Origin: Thermovirgaceae bacterium
GTDB taxonomy: Bacteria > Synergistota > Synergistia > Synergistales > Thermovirgaceae
Direction: 5' to 3'
Assembly: GCA_040767805.1 (NCBI GenBank)
Contig: JAXGNU010000005.1
Span: 72,152 to 136,151 of the forward strand
Length of the DNA: 64,000 nucleotides
In this document: piece after piece, positions 18,263 through 28,610 of the stretch
Position numbering within the stretch: the first letter of the stretch is position 1
How the letters are laid out: each line of letters opens with the position of its first letter
Made by a program: the position numbers and the translations under genes
The notes under the pieces: model-generated
Seen by the model: only the letters and a program-made list of their open reading frames with translations
Told to the model about the DNA's origin: nothing
Databases searched by the model: none

Positions 18263-19825
18263 ATGAGGATAGCCTGTGTCCAGATGGAAGCGCCGGAATT
18301 GGCCGATTTTGAAAAGACTTTTAGCAGGATCCAACGTCTCCTGGATGAGGCCCTCCGGCCCGGCGTCGACCTGGTGGTGTTCCCGGAATGCTCATGGCCG
18401 GCCTACTTCATCGATCCCGCGGAGAAACAGTCCCTCAAGGAGGCCCTGTCGCTCAACGAACGATTGATCGACCATATCAGCAGGAAAGCCAGTGAACACG
18501 CTTCCTACGTGGCTTTCGGGCTGGTGGAGGAAAAGGACGGGAAGCTCGGCAACAATGCCATCCTCGTGGACCCCTCGGGAGAAATAGTCCTCAGGGTGTC
18601 AAAGATGAACCTTTGGCATTTCGACAGGGACCTCTACGAGCCGGGCCGAAGTTTTGACGTGGTCGATTCACCCTTTGGGCGGATCGGCCTCCTGATATGC
18701 GCCGACGCGCGTCTCCCGGAAATCGCCCGGGTGCTCTCCGTGATGGGGGCCGATCTCATCATCGACCCGGCGAACCTCACGGGCTACGCCGCTTCACACC
18801 AGGGCCTGACTAACCCGCAGCTGGATTTCATGCTGCCCGCCAGGGCTTTCGAGAACGGGGTATGGTGGGTCCTCTCAAACAAGTGCGGGATCGAATCGGC
18901 GGCGGTGCCCTACGTGGGCGGCAGCAGGGTGATATCCCCGGAGGGGGTCCTCGTCGCCTCGGCAAGCCCGGACAGGGAAGAAGTCATCTTCGCCGATATA
19001 GACCTGCCGGTGAAAAGGCCCGCGGCCCTTCCGGAAAGGGCGCCGGCGGCGTACGGGGTGCTCACTGAGCCCACCGAGAATCTTCCTGTGACGGGGATCA
19101 CTACCCAACCCGCCATCCCCTCCTGCAATAGCTTTTTCCTGGGAGCCGCCCAGTTCGGGGCCGGTGATGCCGAAGAGTACGTCCTCAAGGCAGGGAAGCA
19201 CCTGGCCGCACTGGGGCGGCTGCATGCGTCCGTCGCGGCCCTCCCCCCGGCCGGCTTTCTTCCCCCCAAGGGGATCCTCCATTTAGCCGAAGCAATAAGG
19301 GAAAGGTATGGAGCGGCGATCGGGGGGATGGTCGTCGCCCTCGCCCACGGCGGGGGTGACGGTGAACCCCTTGGAGTACTTTTCGACGCGGGGAAGATCC
19401 TGGCATCCTCCCGGGGCCTTCCGCCCCTCTCGGGATCGGATGTCATCGGGACGCCCCACGGTAACTTCGCCTTCGTCCACGGCGAGGGGATCGTCCTCCC
19501 CGAATACGCCAGGATCCTGACCCTCCTGGGCGCGGATTTGCTGTTTTCCCTTACGGACACCTTGACGGGGCCTTCCCTTGAGATCGCCAGGACGCGGGCC
19601 TACGAGAACAAGGTCTTCCTGGTGCGCGCCGCCTCCCCCGGTGAGGGCAAGAGGTCCTTCATCTGTGACCCCTACGGGAGGGTCCTCTCCAGTGCCTTCA
19701 TCGGGGTTGAGCAGGTCTTCGGCTGCCAGGCGGAACTCTTGTCGGCGAGGTGCAAAGAGGTCGTCCCGGGCACCGACGTGATAAGAGGCAGGAGACCTTC
19801 CGACTATCGGTCGCTCTGCCGGTAA
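18263..19825 (+). CDS. two-domain carbon-nitrogen hydrolase (nitrilase superfamily)
   Basis: Domain 1 has FPE/K/LICAD triad motifs and ARAFENG. Domain 2 is degenerate (TRAYENK). Confidence 0.85.
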   Translation: MRIACVQMEAPELADFEKTFSRIQRLLDEALRPGVDLVVFPECSWPAYFIDPAEKQSLKEALSLNERLIDHISRKASEHASYVAFGLVEEKDGKLGNNAILVDPSGEIVLRVSKMNLWHFDRDLYEPGRSFDVVDSPFGRIGLLICADARLPEIARVLSVMGADLIIDPANLTGYAASHQGLTNPQLDFMLPARAFENGVWWVLSNKCGIESAAVPYVGGSRVISPEGVLVASASPDREEVIFADIDLPVKRPAALPERAPAAYGVLTEPTENLPVTGITTQPAIPSCNSFFLGAAQFGAGDAEEYVLKAGKHLAALGRLHASVAALPPAGFLPPKGILHLAEAIRERYGAAIGGMVVALAHGGGDGEPLGVLFDAGKILASSRGLPPLSGSDVIGTPHGNFAFVHGEGIVLPEYARILTLLGADLLFSLTDTLTGPSLEIARTRAYENKVFLVRAASPGEGKRSFICDPYGRVLSSAFIGVEQVFGCQAELLSARCKEVVPGTDVIRGRRPSDYRSLCR

Positions 19826-19899
19826 ACCGTTCCTTCGAAGTCGCCTGCGGGCCTATTTCCCAGTTCACCAGGGTGATCCTCTATAAGTGCATTGCCGTC

Positions 19900-19933
19900 T
19901 TGACAAGATTCATATAGTCTATATTCTATAGAC
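19900..19933 (+). promoter_or_regulatory. promoter with overlapping palindromic operator
   Basis: TTGACA at 19900; inverted repeat GTCTATA-TTC-TATAGAC at 19917-19933. Confidence 0.55.
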
Positions 19934-19979
19934 CATAGGAACTGGACCACGCCATCCACTATTCTCAGGAGGTGCTTGT

Positions 19980-20378
19980 ATGGAGAAAAAGGTCATACCG
20001 TTCGGCAGCGCCATGGGAATGAAGGTAGCCTTCAGTACCGCCGTAAGCGTGGATGTCAAGTCCGTCGAGAAGATCATCTGGGTCTCCGGCCAGGTCTCTT
20101 TCGACGAAAAGGGGAACATCCTGGGTAAGGACGACATGTTCGTCCAGACGGAGCACGTTATCCGGAACATTCAAAGCGCCCTGGCGGAGTTCGGGGCCGG
20201 CCTGGATGACGTGGTCGAGGTCAACGTGTTCGTCAGGGACATGAGCCGGCTCAAGGAGATCCACGAAGCGAGGCTCAAATATTTCAAGGAGCCTTTCCCC
20301 ACCAGCACCCTGGTTGAGGTCAACAAATTCGTGCATCCCGACGCCCTGATCGAGATCAATGCCGTGGCAGTGATCTAG
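19980..20378 (+). CDS. RidA/YjgF family protein
   Basis: VSGQV, PTSTLVEV and LIEINAVA motifs. Confidence 0.88.
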   Translation: MEKKVIPFGSAMGMKVAFSTAVSVDVKSVEKIIWVSGQVSFDEKGNILGKDDMFVQTEHVIRNIQSALAEFGAGLDDVVEVNVFVRDMSRLKEIHEARLKYFKEPFPTSTLVEVNKFVHPDALIEINAVAVI

Positions 20379-20427
20379 AAACCAGGTCCGGGAAAGCAGA
20401 TATCTGACATCGTAAGGGGGAGAAGAG

Positions 20428-21480
20428 ATGAAAAGGAAGAGCTTTATCGCGGTTCTGCTGGTTGTACTGGTTATGAGCCTGGCCTCGGCCGCCGTGGCCG
20501 AGGAAAAGTTCCACTGGAGACTGCAGTCCAGTTGGGCCACGGGGCTGGAGATCCAGAGGCAGGTCGAGAGGTTCGCCGAACTCGTGACAAAAATGAGTGG
20601 AGGACGGTTGACTATTACTGCCCTTCCGGCGGGCGCGGTGGTGGGGGGGCTTGAGGTTTTCGACGCCGTGAGCCAGGGCGTCATTGACGCCATGAACAGC
20701 CTTTCCGCGTACTGGATCGGGAAAGAGCCCGCGGCGCCCATGTTCTCGGCGATCCCGCTCGGTATGGATGTCATGCAGTACTACGCCTGGTATTACTACG
20801 GTGACGGCCTCGACCTCATGCAGGAGATGTACGCCAAGCACAACATCGGTTACGCCGCTTTCTGCGCGATAAACCCGGCCGAGGACTTCCTCTGGGCCCA
20901 CAAACCGATCACGAAGCTCAGCGATTTCAAGGGCCTGAAGATCCGCACCGTCGGCTACTGGGGCGAGATCGCGACCAAACTCGGTGCCCGCGTCGTCACC
21001 CTCCCGGGCGGTGAGCTCTACGGCGCCCTTGAGAAACGAATAATCGACGCGGCCGAGTTCTGCAACCCCGAGTCGGATTTCAAGTCCGGCCTGCATGAAG
21101 TGGCGAAGTACGTCCACGTCCCCGGCGTCCACCAGCCCGTGTCTTTCCTCGAGCTCCTCATCAACAAGCAGTCCTGGGACGCCCTGCCCGAAGACCTCCA
21201 GGAGATCGTGAAGTCGGCGGCAAAGGCTTCCGTCCTGGAAGGGTATGTCACCTGCCTCATGGCCGACGGCGAGGCCCTGAGGGAATTCGAGAAGAATAAG
21301 AACGTCATAGTGAAGCTCCCCCCGGAGATGATCGCCGAACTGAAGAAACTCGCATGGGAGCTCTACGACGAGAAGGCGGCGAAAGACCCGTTCTTCAAAA
21401 AGGTTTGGGATTCCCAGCGCAAGATCATAGCTGATTACGACCACTGGGCATCCTACATGGTCCCGCCGAGGCTGGACTAA
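20428..21480 (+). CDS. TRAP substrate-binding protein DctP
   Basis: Signal peptide; GLKIR and ELYGALEKRIIDAAE motifs. Confidence 0.9.
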   Translation: MKRKSFIAVLLVVLVMSLASAAVAEEKFHWRLQSSWATGLEIQRQVERFAELVTKMSGGRLTITALPAGAVVGGLEVFDAVSQGVIDAMNSLSAYWIGKEPAAPMFSAIPLGMDVMQYYAWYYYGDGLDLMQEMYAKHNIGYAAFCAINPAEDFLWAHKPITKLSDFKGLKIRTVGYWGEIATKLGARVVTLPGGELYGALEKRIIDAAEFCNPESDFKSGLHEVAKYVHVPGVHQPVSFLELLINKQSWDALPEDLQEIVKSAAKASVLEGYVTCLMADGEALREFEKNKNVIVKLPPEMIAELKKLAWELYDEKAAKDPFFKKVWDSQRKIIADYDHWASYMVPPRLD

Positions 21481-21593
21481 GTTCGCCTGTCCGTCCCCCC
21501 GGACGGTCGGGCTTATGGGGGGCAGGGCCACGGATCGTTCCTCCGTGGCCCTGATCTTATTGACCCAGGAGACGTTCTGAGAGGAGAAATTCC

Positions 21594-22118
21594 ATGGTCC
21601 GTAAATTCGTGAATTTCATCGATGCCCTCAACCTTTTCGTCGGACGGTCCGCGAGGTGGCTCGTGCTCATATTGACGGGCTGTTTCACCTATGAAGTGAT
21701 AATGCGGTACGGGTTCAACAACCCCACGGTCTGGATCTTCGACGTCAGCTACATGCTCGGGGGGAGCTTCTTCGTCCTCGGGATGGGTTACACCCTGTTG
21801 AAGAACAACCACGTCAGGGTCGATGTTTTTTCTTCCAAGTTCAACGTGAAGGTGAAGGCCTTCATAGAGATCGTGCTCACCCTTTTCCTCTTCTACCCGG
21901 CGTGGGGCATCCTGATATACCGGGCTATCCCTTACGTCTACCGGTCCTGGATCACCAGGGAAAAGGCCCTGGAGAGTTTCTGGCAGCCCCCGATATACCC
22001 ATTCAAGACGATCTTTCTCCTGGGCGTGATCCTGCTCCTGCTCCAGGTGACGGCCGAATTGTTCCGTTCCTTCGAAGTGTTCTTCAGCAAGGGAGGTGCC
22101 GGTGATGCCAACGTTTAG
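21594..22118 (+). CDS. TRAP small permease DctQ
   Basis: 4 TM segments; VIMRY and HVRVD motifs. Confidence 0.88.
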   Translation: MVRKFVNFIDALNLFVGRSARWLVLILTGCFTYEVIMRYGFNNPTVWIFDVSYMLGGSFFVLGMGYTLLKNNHVRVDVFSSKFNVKVKAFIEIVLTLFLFYPAWGILIYRAIPYVYRSWITREKALESFWQPPIYPFKTIFLLGVILLLLQVTAELFRSFEVFFSKGGAGDANV

Positions 22119-23454
22119 CCCCGAGATGAACACCCTCCTGATGTTCGGCTCCTTGCTGATCCTCCTGTTCCTCGGTTTCCCGCTGGCCTTCGTGTTGACC
22201 GGCATCGGCCTCCTGTTCGGCGTCTCCCTTTTCGGGCTGAATTACGCCGGGGCTTTCATCCTCGCCTTCCTGTCGACGATGAAGAACTACATCCTGCTGG
22301 CGATCCCCCTTTTCGTGTTCATGGGGGCGATAATGCAGTACTCCGACGTCAGCGACAGGCTTTTCGGCACCGTCTACGTGCTGTTCGGGAAGTTGCGGGG
22401 AGGCCTTGCTATTACCAGCAACATACTGTCGACCATTTTCGCCGCCTGCACGGGGGTCGTGGGGGCGTCGGTGGTGACCGTGGGGCTGCTCTCCATGCCC
22501 CCGATGCTGAAAAGGAACTACGACAAGAAACTCATCGCCGGGATAATCTGCGCCGGCGGCTGCCTGGGGGTCCTGATCCCGCCGAGCATCATGGTGATAG
22601 TCTACGGGCCCGCGGCAGGGGTCTCGGTGGGCAAGCTCTTCATGGGACTGATCGGGCCGGGGCTTTTGCTCTCAGCCCTTTACACCCTCTACATCGTCGT
22701 CCTGACGTCGATCTTCCCTGAAGCGGGCCCCCCGATCTCAAAGGAGGACCTCGCCGATTTTCCCTGGGCTAAAACAAAGAGAGGCGTGGCCTTAAGGGTC
22801 CTCTCTTCCCTTGTGGCGCCCCTCGTGATCATCCTGGCAGTCCTCGGCACCATATTCTTCGGCGTGGCTTCCCCGACGGAAGCGGCCGGGGTGGGCGCGG
22901 CGGCGGCGATAGCCCTCGCCTTCGCCTATAAAAAACTGAACGTGAAGATGCTCGTCGACGCCTCGGACTCGGCCCTCAAAACGACCTGCATGATCCTGAC
23001 CATGACGGTGGGGGCCGTCCTGTTCGTGTCAACCTTCATGTCGATGGGAGGCGGCGCCGTCGTTGAGCGTTTCATCATGGGTCTCCCCTTCGGGAAATGG
23101 GGGATCTTCTTCCTCATGTTCGCCGTCGTCACCATACTGGGCATGTTCCTGGACTGGATTGGGATCGTCCTCCTGATCGTCCCCCTATTCACGCCCATCG
23201 CCGCCAACCTGGGTTTCGACCCGGTCTGGTTCTCCATAATGATGATCCTCTTCCTGCAGCTGTCCTACCTTACGCCGCCCTTTGCGCTGGCGATATTCTA
23301 TTTCAAGGGCATCTGCCCACCGGAGATCACGACGATGGACATCTACAAGGGGGTCGTTCCCTTCATCGCGATCCAGGTTTTCGCCTTCACTCTCTGCATC
23401 CTGTTCCCGGGGATCATCCTGTGGCTGCCCTCCGTGTCAGTCACGGGCTGGTAG
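22105..23454 (+). CDS. TRAP large permease DctM
   Basis: LAIPLF, IPPS, PTEAA and LTPP motifs. Confidence 0.92.
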   Translation: MPTFSPEMNTLLMFGSLLILLFLGFPLAFVLTGIGLLFGVSLFGLNYAGAFILAFLSTMKNYILLAIPLFVFMGAIMQYSDVSDRLFGTVYVLFGKLRGGLAITSNILSTIFAACTGVVGASVVTVGLLSMPPMLKRNYDKKLIAGIICAGGCLGVLIPPSIMVIVYGPAAGVSVGKLFMGLIGPGLLLSALYTLYIVVLTSIFPEAGPPISKEDLADFPWAKTKRGVALRVLSSLVAPLVIILAVLGTIFFGVASPTEAAGVGAAAAIALAFAYKKLNVKMLVDASDSALKTTCMILTMTVGAVLFVSTFMSMGGGAVVERFIMGLPFGKWGIFFLMFAVVTILGMFLDWIGIVLLIVPLFTPIAANLGFDPVWFSIMMILFLQLSYLTPPFALAIFYFKGICPPEITTMDIYKGVVPFIAIQVFAFTLCILFPGIILWLPSVSVTGW

Positions 23455-23499
23455 CAGCGCTGTCGAGGGTTTTATCATGAATTCAAGGAGGGTTCGCTC

Positions 23500-24087
23500 G
23501 TGAAAGAGATCCTGGTCAAGGGAGGCACCGCGGAAGCTTTCGAGGTCCGGAAGGGCGGGAAGTTCAAACTTACCGACGTCGTGGGCGGCCAGGTCGCCGA
23601 TTTCGTGGCCTTCAACAAGAACGACCTGAAGGAAAAATCTTCGCCCGGCCATACCCGCATCTCCAACCGTTCACTGAGGTTGAAGACCGGTGACAGCATC
23701 CGCTCAAACTTGAGGCATGAGATGATCCGACTGCTGGAGGAGACCGCCGGGCACCACGACATCCTGATCGTCGCCTGCGATGAGCAGCGGTACCTCGTGG
23801 ATTACGGGGTGGCCGATCATCGAAGCTGCGTGAACAATTTCGAGCAGGTGCTCGGGCGATACGGGATCGACCGGTGGGTCCTCCCTGACCCTGTCAACTT
23901 TTTCCAGCACACCCGGATCGGTGACGACGGAGAGATCATACAGTTGCCCTCGATCAACCCAGGCGGCTCCTTCGTGATGATGGAGGCCCTGATGGACCTG
24001 GTCTGCGCCGTCTCGGCATGCCCCATGGACCTCAACCCCATCGGCGGGAGCGATATTACCGATATTCTCGTCACTCTATATGACTAA
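23500..24087 (+). CDS. urea carboxylase-associated family protein (DUF1989)
   Basis: GGQVADF, HD...AC, HRSC and SACP motifs. Confidence 0.85.
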   Translation: MKEILVKGGTAEAFEVRKGGKFKLTDVVGGQVADFVAFNKNDLKEKSSPGHTRISNRSLRLKTGDSIRSNLRHEMIRLLEETAGHHDILIVACDEQRYLVDYGVADHRSCVNNFEQVLGRYGIDRWVLPDPVNFFQHTRIGDDGEIIQLPSINPGGSFVMMEALMDLVCAVSACPMDLNPIGGSDITDILVTLYD

Positions 24088-24182
24088 CATGCCGGGGTAG
24101 GAGGCGAAGGGGACCCTGTTGGAGTCCTTTGCGCGGCCGCCCGGTACTGCTGCCAAAGGACATAAAAAGAGGTGTGACCGGG

Positions 24183-24896
24183 ATGACAGCGAGAAAAACG
24201 GAAAAGGGCTACCTGACGAAAAGCCAATACGCCTACAGGACCATCAGGGAGGGGATAATCACCCGGCGTTACCTCCCGGGGTCTCCGATGATAATCACGA
24301 GCCTCAGCAAAAGCCTCGGCGTGAGCGAGACGCCCGTCAGGGACGCCATAAAGATGCTCCTTTCGGAAGGGTTCGTTGTATCCAATGATCACGTGGGAGC
24401 CAGGGTGGCCAGTCCCTCCCTGGAGGACCTGAAGAACATGTTCGAAATGCTCCTCAGCCTCCAGGGCATCGCCACGAGGATGGCGGTCTACCAGGATCCG
24501 GGAGGCCTCCTTGACGAGCTGGAGGAGATCCTGGAGAGGACGAAGCTTTACATCCATGAGCAACGCCACGAGGAATACGGGATCCTGAACGACCGGTTCC
24601 ACGATTCCATCGAGAGCCGGTGCTGCAACCTTGAACTGGCCTCGACCATCAATTCCTACAGGGAAAGGACCGGCTGGGTGCGGTCCCTCTTCGTGTTGAA
24701 CCCGAAACGCCTTGAGGAGTCCTTTGACGAGCACGTCGAGATTTTTGAGGCCATCAAGGGGAGAAAGGCCAGGACGGCGGAAAAGATCCTGAAAAAACAC
24801 CTGCTCATATCCTTCAACGGCTACCTTGATTTCCTGAAAAAAGAGAAAGGGTACGAGGGGAAGGAATATGAGATAGACGGGAGCCGCTGGATCTGA
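24183..24896 (+). CDS. GntR family regulator (FCD)
   Basis: LGVSETPVRDAI HTH; FH and EH residues. Confidence 0.9.
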   Translation: MTARKTEKGYLTKSQYAYRTIREGIITRRYLPGSPMIITSLSKSLGVSETPVRDAIKMLLSEGFVVSNDHVGARVASPSLEDLKNMFEMLLSLQGIATRMAVYQDPGGLLDELEEILERTKLYIHEQRHEEYGILNDRFHDSIESRCCNLELASTINSYRERTGWVRSLFVLNPKRLEESFDEHVEIFEAIKGRKARTAEKILKKHLLISFNGYLDFLKKEKGYEGKEYEIDGSRWI

Positions 24897-24986
24897 ACCG
24901 GCAGGGCCTTCGAGCCGGCCGGACCACGAGAGGGCTCTCCGCCCCTGTGCGGGGACGGGGAGCCCTCGGGTGCGCGCCCTTTTCAG

Positions 24987-25394
24987 TTACAGGGCGGCGA
25001 CAGTCTGGACCTCGACGAGGAAAGGCTCCTGGACGAGCCTGTCTACCATCAAAAGGGTGTTGGGCGGGTAGACCCCGTCGGGGAAAAGGCGAGGAAACTC
25101 CCGTTTCCGGAATTCCATGAATTTCGGAATATCCTGGGAGTGGACCAGGTAGGTCGTGAACTGTACGACCTGGCCCCAGCCGGCACCTGCCGAGGCAAGG
25201 GCTTCACCGATGTTTTTGAAAACCTGGGTGCACTGGGCGTCGAAGTCGTCTTTCCCGACCACGTTACCGGCTCCGTCGGATGAGAGCATGCCCGAAATGA
25301 AGAGCAGCTCACCGGCCTTGACGCGGGCTATGTGGGAATACTGTCCCAGGGGTTTACCCAGGGTTTCGGCGTTGTAGATCTTGATCTCCGCCAT
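24987..25394 (-). CDS. RidA/YjgF family protein
   Basis: YSH, FISG, PPNTL and VEVQ motifs. Confidence 0.85.
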   Translation of the reverse strand: MAEIKIYNAETLGKPLGQYSHIARVKAGELLFISGMLSSDGAGNVVGKDDFDAQCTQVFKNIGEALASAGAGWGQVVQFTTYLVHSQDIPKFMEFRKREFPRLFPDGVYPPNTLLMVDRLVQEPFLVEVQTVAAL

Positions 25395-25606
25395 TGGTTC
25401 AACCTCCCCTATCATTTATTGGGCTTCGGGTCCCGGGACCGAGGAGTCCAAGGTCGAAGCGCTCGTTACCGGTTCCTTCGGGTCATTCTTCGCAAGTATA
25501 TAACACAAGGTGCGCCCTGGAGCAAGATAGTATACATCAACGGGCCGCCCCTAAAGCGACACGACAGGTCGATCAAGAAAAAGAAAAGGAGAGGAGAGTT
25601 TTCGCG

Positions 25607-26794
25607 ATGTGGAAGGACATTAAATTCGTGACCCCCGATATCGTTTTCGGCATGAATGCCGTAAACACCGTCGGGGACAAGATCAAAGCCCTCAAGGGAA
25701 AAAGGGCCCTGGTGGTAACCGGCCCCTCGGTTAAGGCTTCAGGAGCGCTGGACAAGGTGTTGCAATCCGCCAGGGACGCCGGCGTGGACTTCGACGTCAA
25801 CGTCCAGCAGCGGTCTACACCCGAGCCCACCACCGAACTCGCCGAGGAAGTGGCGAAGTACATCGTTGACGGCAAATTCGACGTTGTAGTGGGACTTGGA
25901 GGCGGCAGCATTCTAGACGTGGCGAAGATGTCCTCGGCGCTCACCACGAACCCCGGCAAGACGAGAGACTATTTCGGCCCCGGGAAGGTCAAGAACAAGG
26001 GTCTCCCCACCATCATGATCCCCACCACCGCTGGGACCGGTTCAGAGGTCACCAAGCACGCCATCTTCCTGGACCAGGAGAACAACGTGAAAAAGGCCGT
26101 CGCTTCTTCGGCCCTGCTCCCCGATGTGGCCATCGTCGACCCGATGTTGACCGTGTCATCGCCACGCCACGTCACCAGCGCTTCGGGTTTCGACGCCTGG
26201 CTTCACGCCGCGGAGCCCTTCGTGTCGAAGAACACGAACCCCATCACCGACGCCCTGGCACTGCAGGCGGTGAGCATCATCGCGAAGCACCTGGGCGTGG
26301 CCTGGTCCGACCCCAACGACCTGGACGCCCGGTACCACGTATCCCTCGGTTCCCTGATGTCCGGCATGGTCCTCAACAATGCGGGGACCAGCCTGGTGCA
26401 TGCCCTGGCTTACCCCATAGGAGGCGAGTACCACGCAACCCACGGTATCTCCCTAAGCGTGCTTCTCATCGCCTGCTTCAAGGCGATAGCCGCCTCCAAG
26501 GGGGAGCGCCTCGTCCAGATAGCCAGGGCCATGGGCGAGAACGTGGACGGCCTTTCCACCCGGGAGGGTGTGGAGGTCGCCCTCGACGCCATGGCGGCTT
26601 TCATGAAGAGCGTGGAACTGCCCATCAGCCTCGAGGAGATAGGGATAACGGACCGGTCCGGCGTCGAGCGGTGGGCCGTGGAGGGTTGGAATGAAAGGCG
26701 CCTCCTGGGCCGCTGTGCCCGCGACCTGACCGTCGAGGATATAGCCGCTATTTACAGGGATGCCTTCGAGGCGAGGAACTTTTGCTGGGAATAG
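25607..26794 (+). CDS. iron-containing alcohol dehydrogenase
   Basis: GLGGGSILD, PTTAGTGSEVT, DAWLHAAE, VHAL and HG motifs. Confidence 0.92.
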   Translation: MWKDIKFVTPDIVFGMNAVNTVGDKIKALKGKRALVVTGPSVKASGALDKVLQSARDAGVDFDVNVQQRSTPEPTTELAEEVAKYIVDGKFDVVVGLGGGSILDVAKMSSALTTNPGKTRDYFGPGKVKNKGLPTIMIPTTAGTGSEVTKHAIFLDQENNVKKAVASSALLPDVAIVDPMLTVSSPRHVTSASGFDAWLHAAEPFVSKNTNPITDALALQAVSIIAKHLGVAWSDPNDLDARYHVSLGSLMSGMVLNNAGTSLVHALAYPIGGEYHATHGISLSVLLIACFKAIAASKGERLVQIARAMGENVDGLSTREGVEVALDAMAAFMKSVELPISLEEIGITDRSGVERWAVEGWNERRLLGRCARDLTVEDIAAIYRDAFEARNFCWE

Positions 26795-26965
26795 GCGGCG
26801 CGATCCGTGAGAATAGGGCGTGAGAGGGCGTCATCGACGGGCCTGCCCGGTGGCGGTCGAGCCTAAGCCCATCGCCCGCGATAGATGAACAGGACACCCA
26901 CGCCGGCTTTCCCGGGCGCCCTGCGTAAACCGGCCCCGGGTGGCTTTGCAGAGGAGGAATGAAAA

Positions 26966-28216
26966 TTGGCTACGATCCACAACAAGAGCGCGACACCCTG
27001 GAAGACTGACAAGTGGTACACGAGTCCCTGGAACTTCATCCCCGAGGTCCGGGAGGGGATGAAGTTTTCCCCGAACATCCAGTTCCACGACGTGTCCCTC
27101 CGGGACGGCGAGCAGCAGGCGGGCCTCCTTTTCAACAAGGACCAGAAGATAGCCATTGCCGAAAAACTGGCTGAACTGGGCATCCAGAGGATCGAGGCCG
27201 GCATGCCCGTGGTTTCGGAGCAGGATGCCGAGGCCATCAGGGAGATCGTCAAGAGGAACCTCGGTCCGAAGATCTTTTCCTTCGCAAGGTGCATGAAGGA
27301 GGACGTGAAGAGGTCCGTCGATATCGGCGTGAAGAACATAGTCATGGAGGTCCCGGCCAGCGACCATATCCTGAAGTACGCCTACCGTTGGGAGTTCGAG
27401 AAGGCCATCGAAGTGTCGATCGAGGCCACCCTCTACGCGAAGGAGAACGGCCTTTACGTCTCCTTCTTCACCATCGACGGCACCAGGGCCGACATCGACG
27501 ACTACCTGAAGATCGTCGACCGGGTCGCCTCGGAGGGGCACATGGATGAACTCACCGTGGTGGACACCTTCGGCGGGCTGAACCCCCACTCGGTCCCCTA
27601 CCTTATCAAGAAAGTCAAGGAGCATATACCCGACAAGCCCATCGGTGTCCATTTCCACGACGACTTCGGCCTGGGCGCGGCCACGACGATCATGGGTCTG
27701 GCCTCGGGCGCGGACATCGCCCACACCTCCATATCGGGCATCGGCGAGAGGGCCGGCAACGCGCCCTACGAGGATGTGGCCATGGCCCTTTTGACGATGT
27801 ACGGTGTCGATACGGGTCTACGCTACGAGAAGATCTATCCCCTCTCGAAATACCTCCGGGAGATCACGGGGCTTACGGTGCGCCAGAACAGGGGCATCGT
27901 AGGGGATCACGTGGCCGATATCGAATCGGGGATAGTAGCGGCCTGGTACAAGAACGTGGAGGGTATAGCGCCCCTTGAACTTTCCCCCTTCCTCTACGAC
28001 CTGGTGGGCCACCCCGACACGAAGGTGGTCATCGGGAAGCTTAGCGGGCTCCCCACGGTGGATATCTACCTGGACAAGCTGGGCATCGAGACCGATGACA
28101 AGGACGCCAAGGCAGAGATCCTGAAGAGGATCAAGGACACGGCGCTGGAGAAGAGGCGCCTGCTGACCATCGAGGAGTTCGGAGAGATAGCGACGTCGGT
28201 CCTGGATAAGTCCTAA
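26966..28216 (+). CDS. DRE-TIM metallolyase (LeuA/homocitrate synthase-like)
   Basis: DVSLRDGEQ, HFHDDFG, GIGERAGN and GKLSG motifs. Confidence 0.85.
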   Translation: MATIHNKSATPWKTDKWYTSPWNFIPEVREGMKFSPNIQFHDVSLRDGEQQAGLLFNKDQKIAIAEKLAELGIQRIEAGMPVVSEQDAEAIREIVKRNLGPKIFSFARCMKEDVKRSVDIGVKNIVMEVPASDHILKYAYRWEFEKAIEVSIEATLYAKENGLYVSFFTIDGTRADIDDYLKIVDRVASEGHMDELTVVDTFGGLNPHSVPYLIKKVKEHIPDKPIGVHFHDDFGLGAATTIMGLASGADIAHTSISGIGERAGNAPYEDVAMALLTMYGVDTGLRYEKIYPLSKYLREITGLTVRQNRGIVGDHVADIESGIVAAWYKNVEGIAPLELSPFLYDLVGHPDTKVVIGKLSGLPTVDIYLDKLGIETDDKDAKAEILKRIKDTALEKRRLLTIEEFGEIATSVLDKS

Positions 28217-28564
28217 GGAGGTTCTGTCATTCTCCTGACTCCCTCTCCTGAGGGTGATTGCCCTGGGCATCCGGATTTTGTAGGTTTGGGGGAGTTGCCC
28301 CCGGATGCTGTTTTTGAAATGACCCAACGAGGCGCTATCGAAGATGTTGTGGCAGCGTCGGTCAACATGACCGTCGGGGTCGCCAGGGAAAGGGCCTCTA
28401 TTATCGTAGTAACAGGAGAGAGCAACCAGGGATACATTGAAAAGTTGGGTCTGACCTCTGCCCCCGATTTCTCTACGGCAATGGGATTGGCAGAAAAGAA
28501 ATCGGGAGGCATCGAAAGCATAGGGATCATCACCCACGGTGGAGATTTCGCGCCCAAGTTTTAA
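28217..28564 (+). pseudogene. 3' fragment of a LarA (nickel-pincer racemase)-like gene
   Basis: No start or RBS. GGSVILLTPSPEGDCPGH...AMGLAEKKSG...IITHGG resembles the LarA C-terminus; lower GC. Confidence 0.5.
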
Positions 28565-28610
28565 CAAAAGTGAAATTATGCAAAGATTCTATGGGGTTGA
28601 GGTAGTCATC

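Noticed and set aside
26795..26965. Leader peptide or riboswitch before the LeuA-like gene
   Set aside because: No cognate-codon-rich uORF or terminator recognised.
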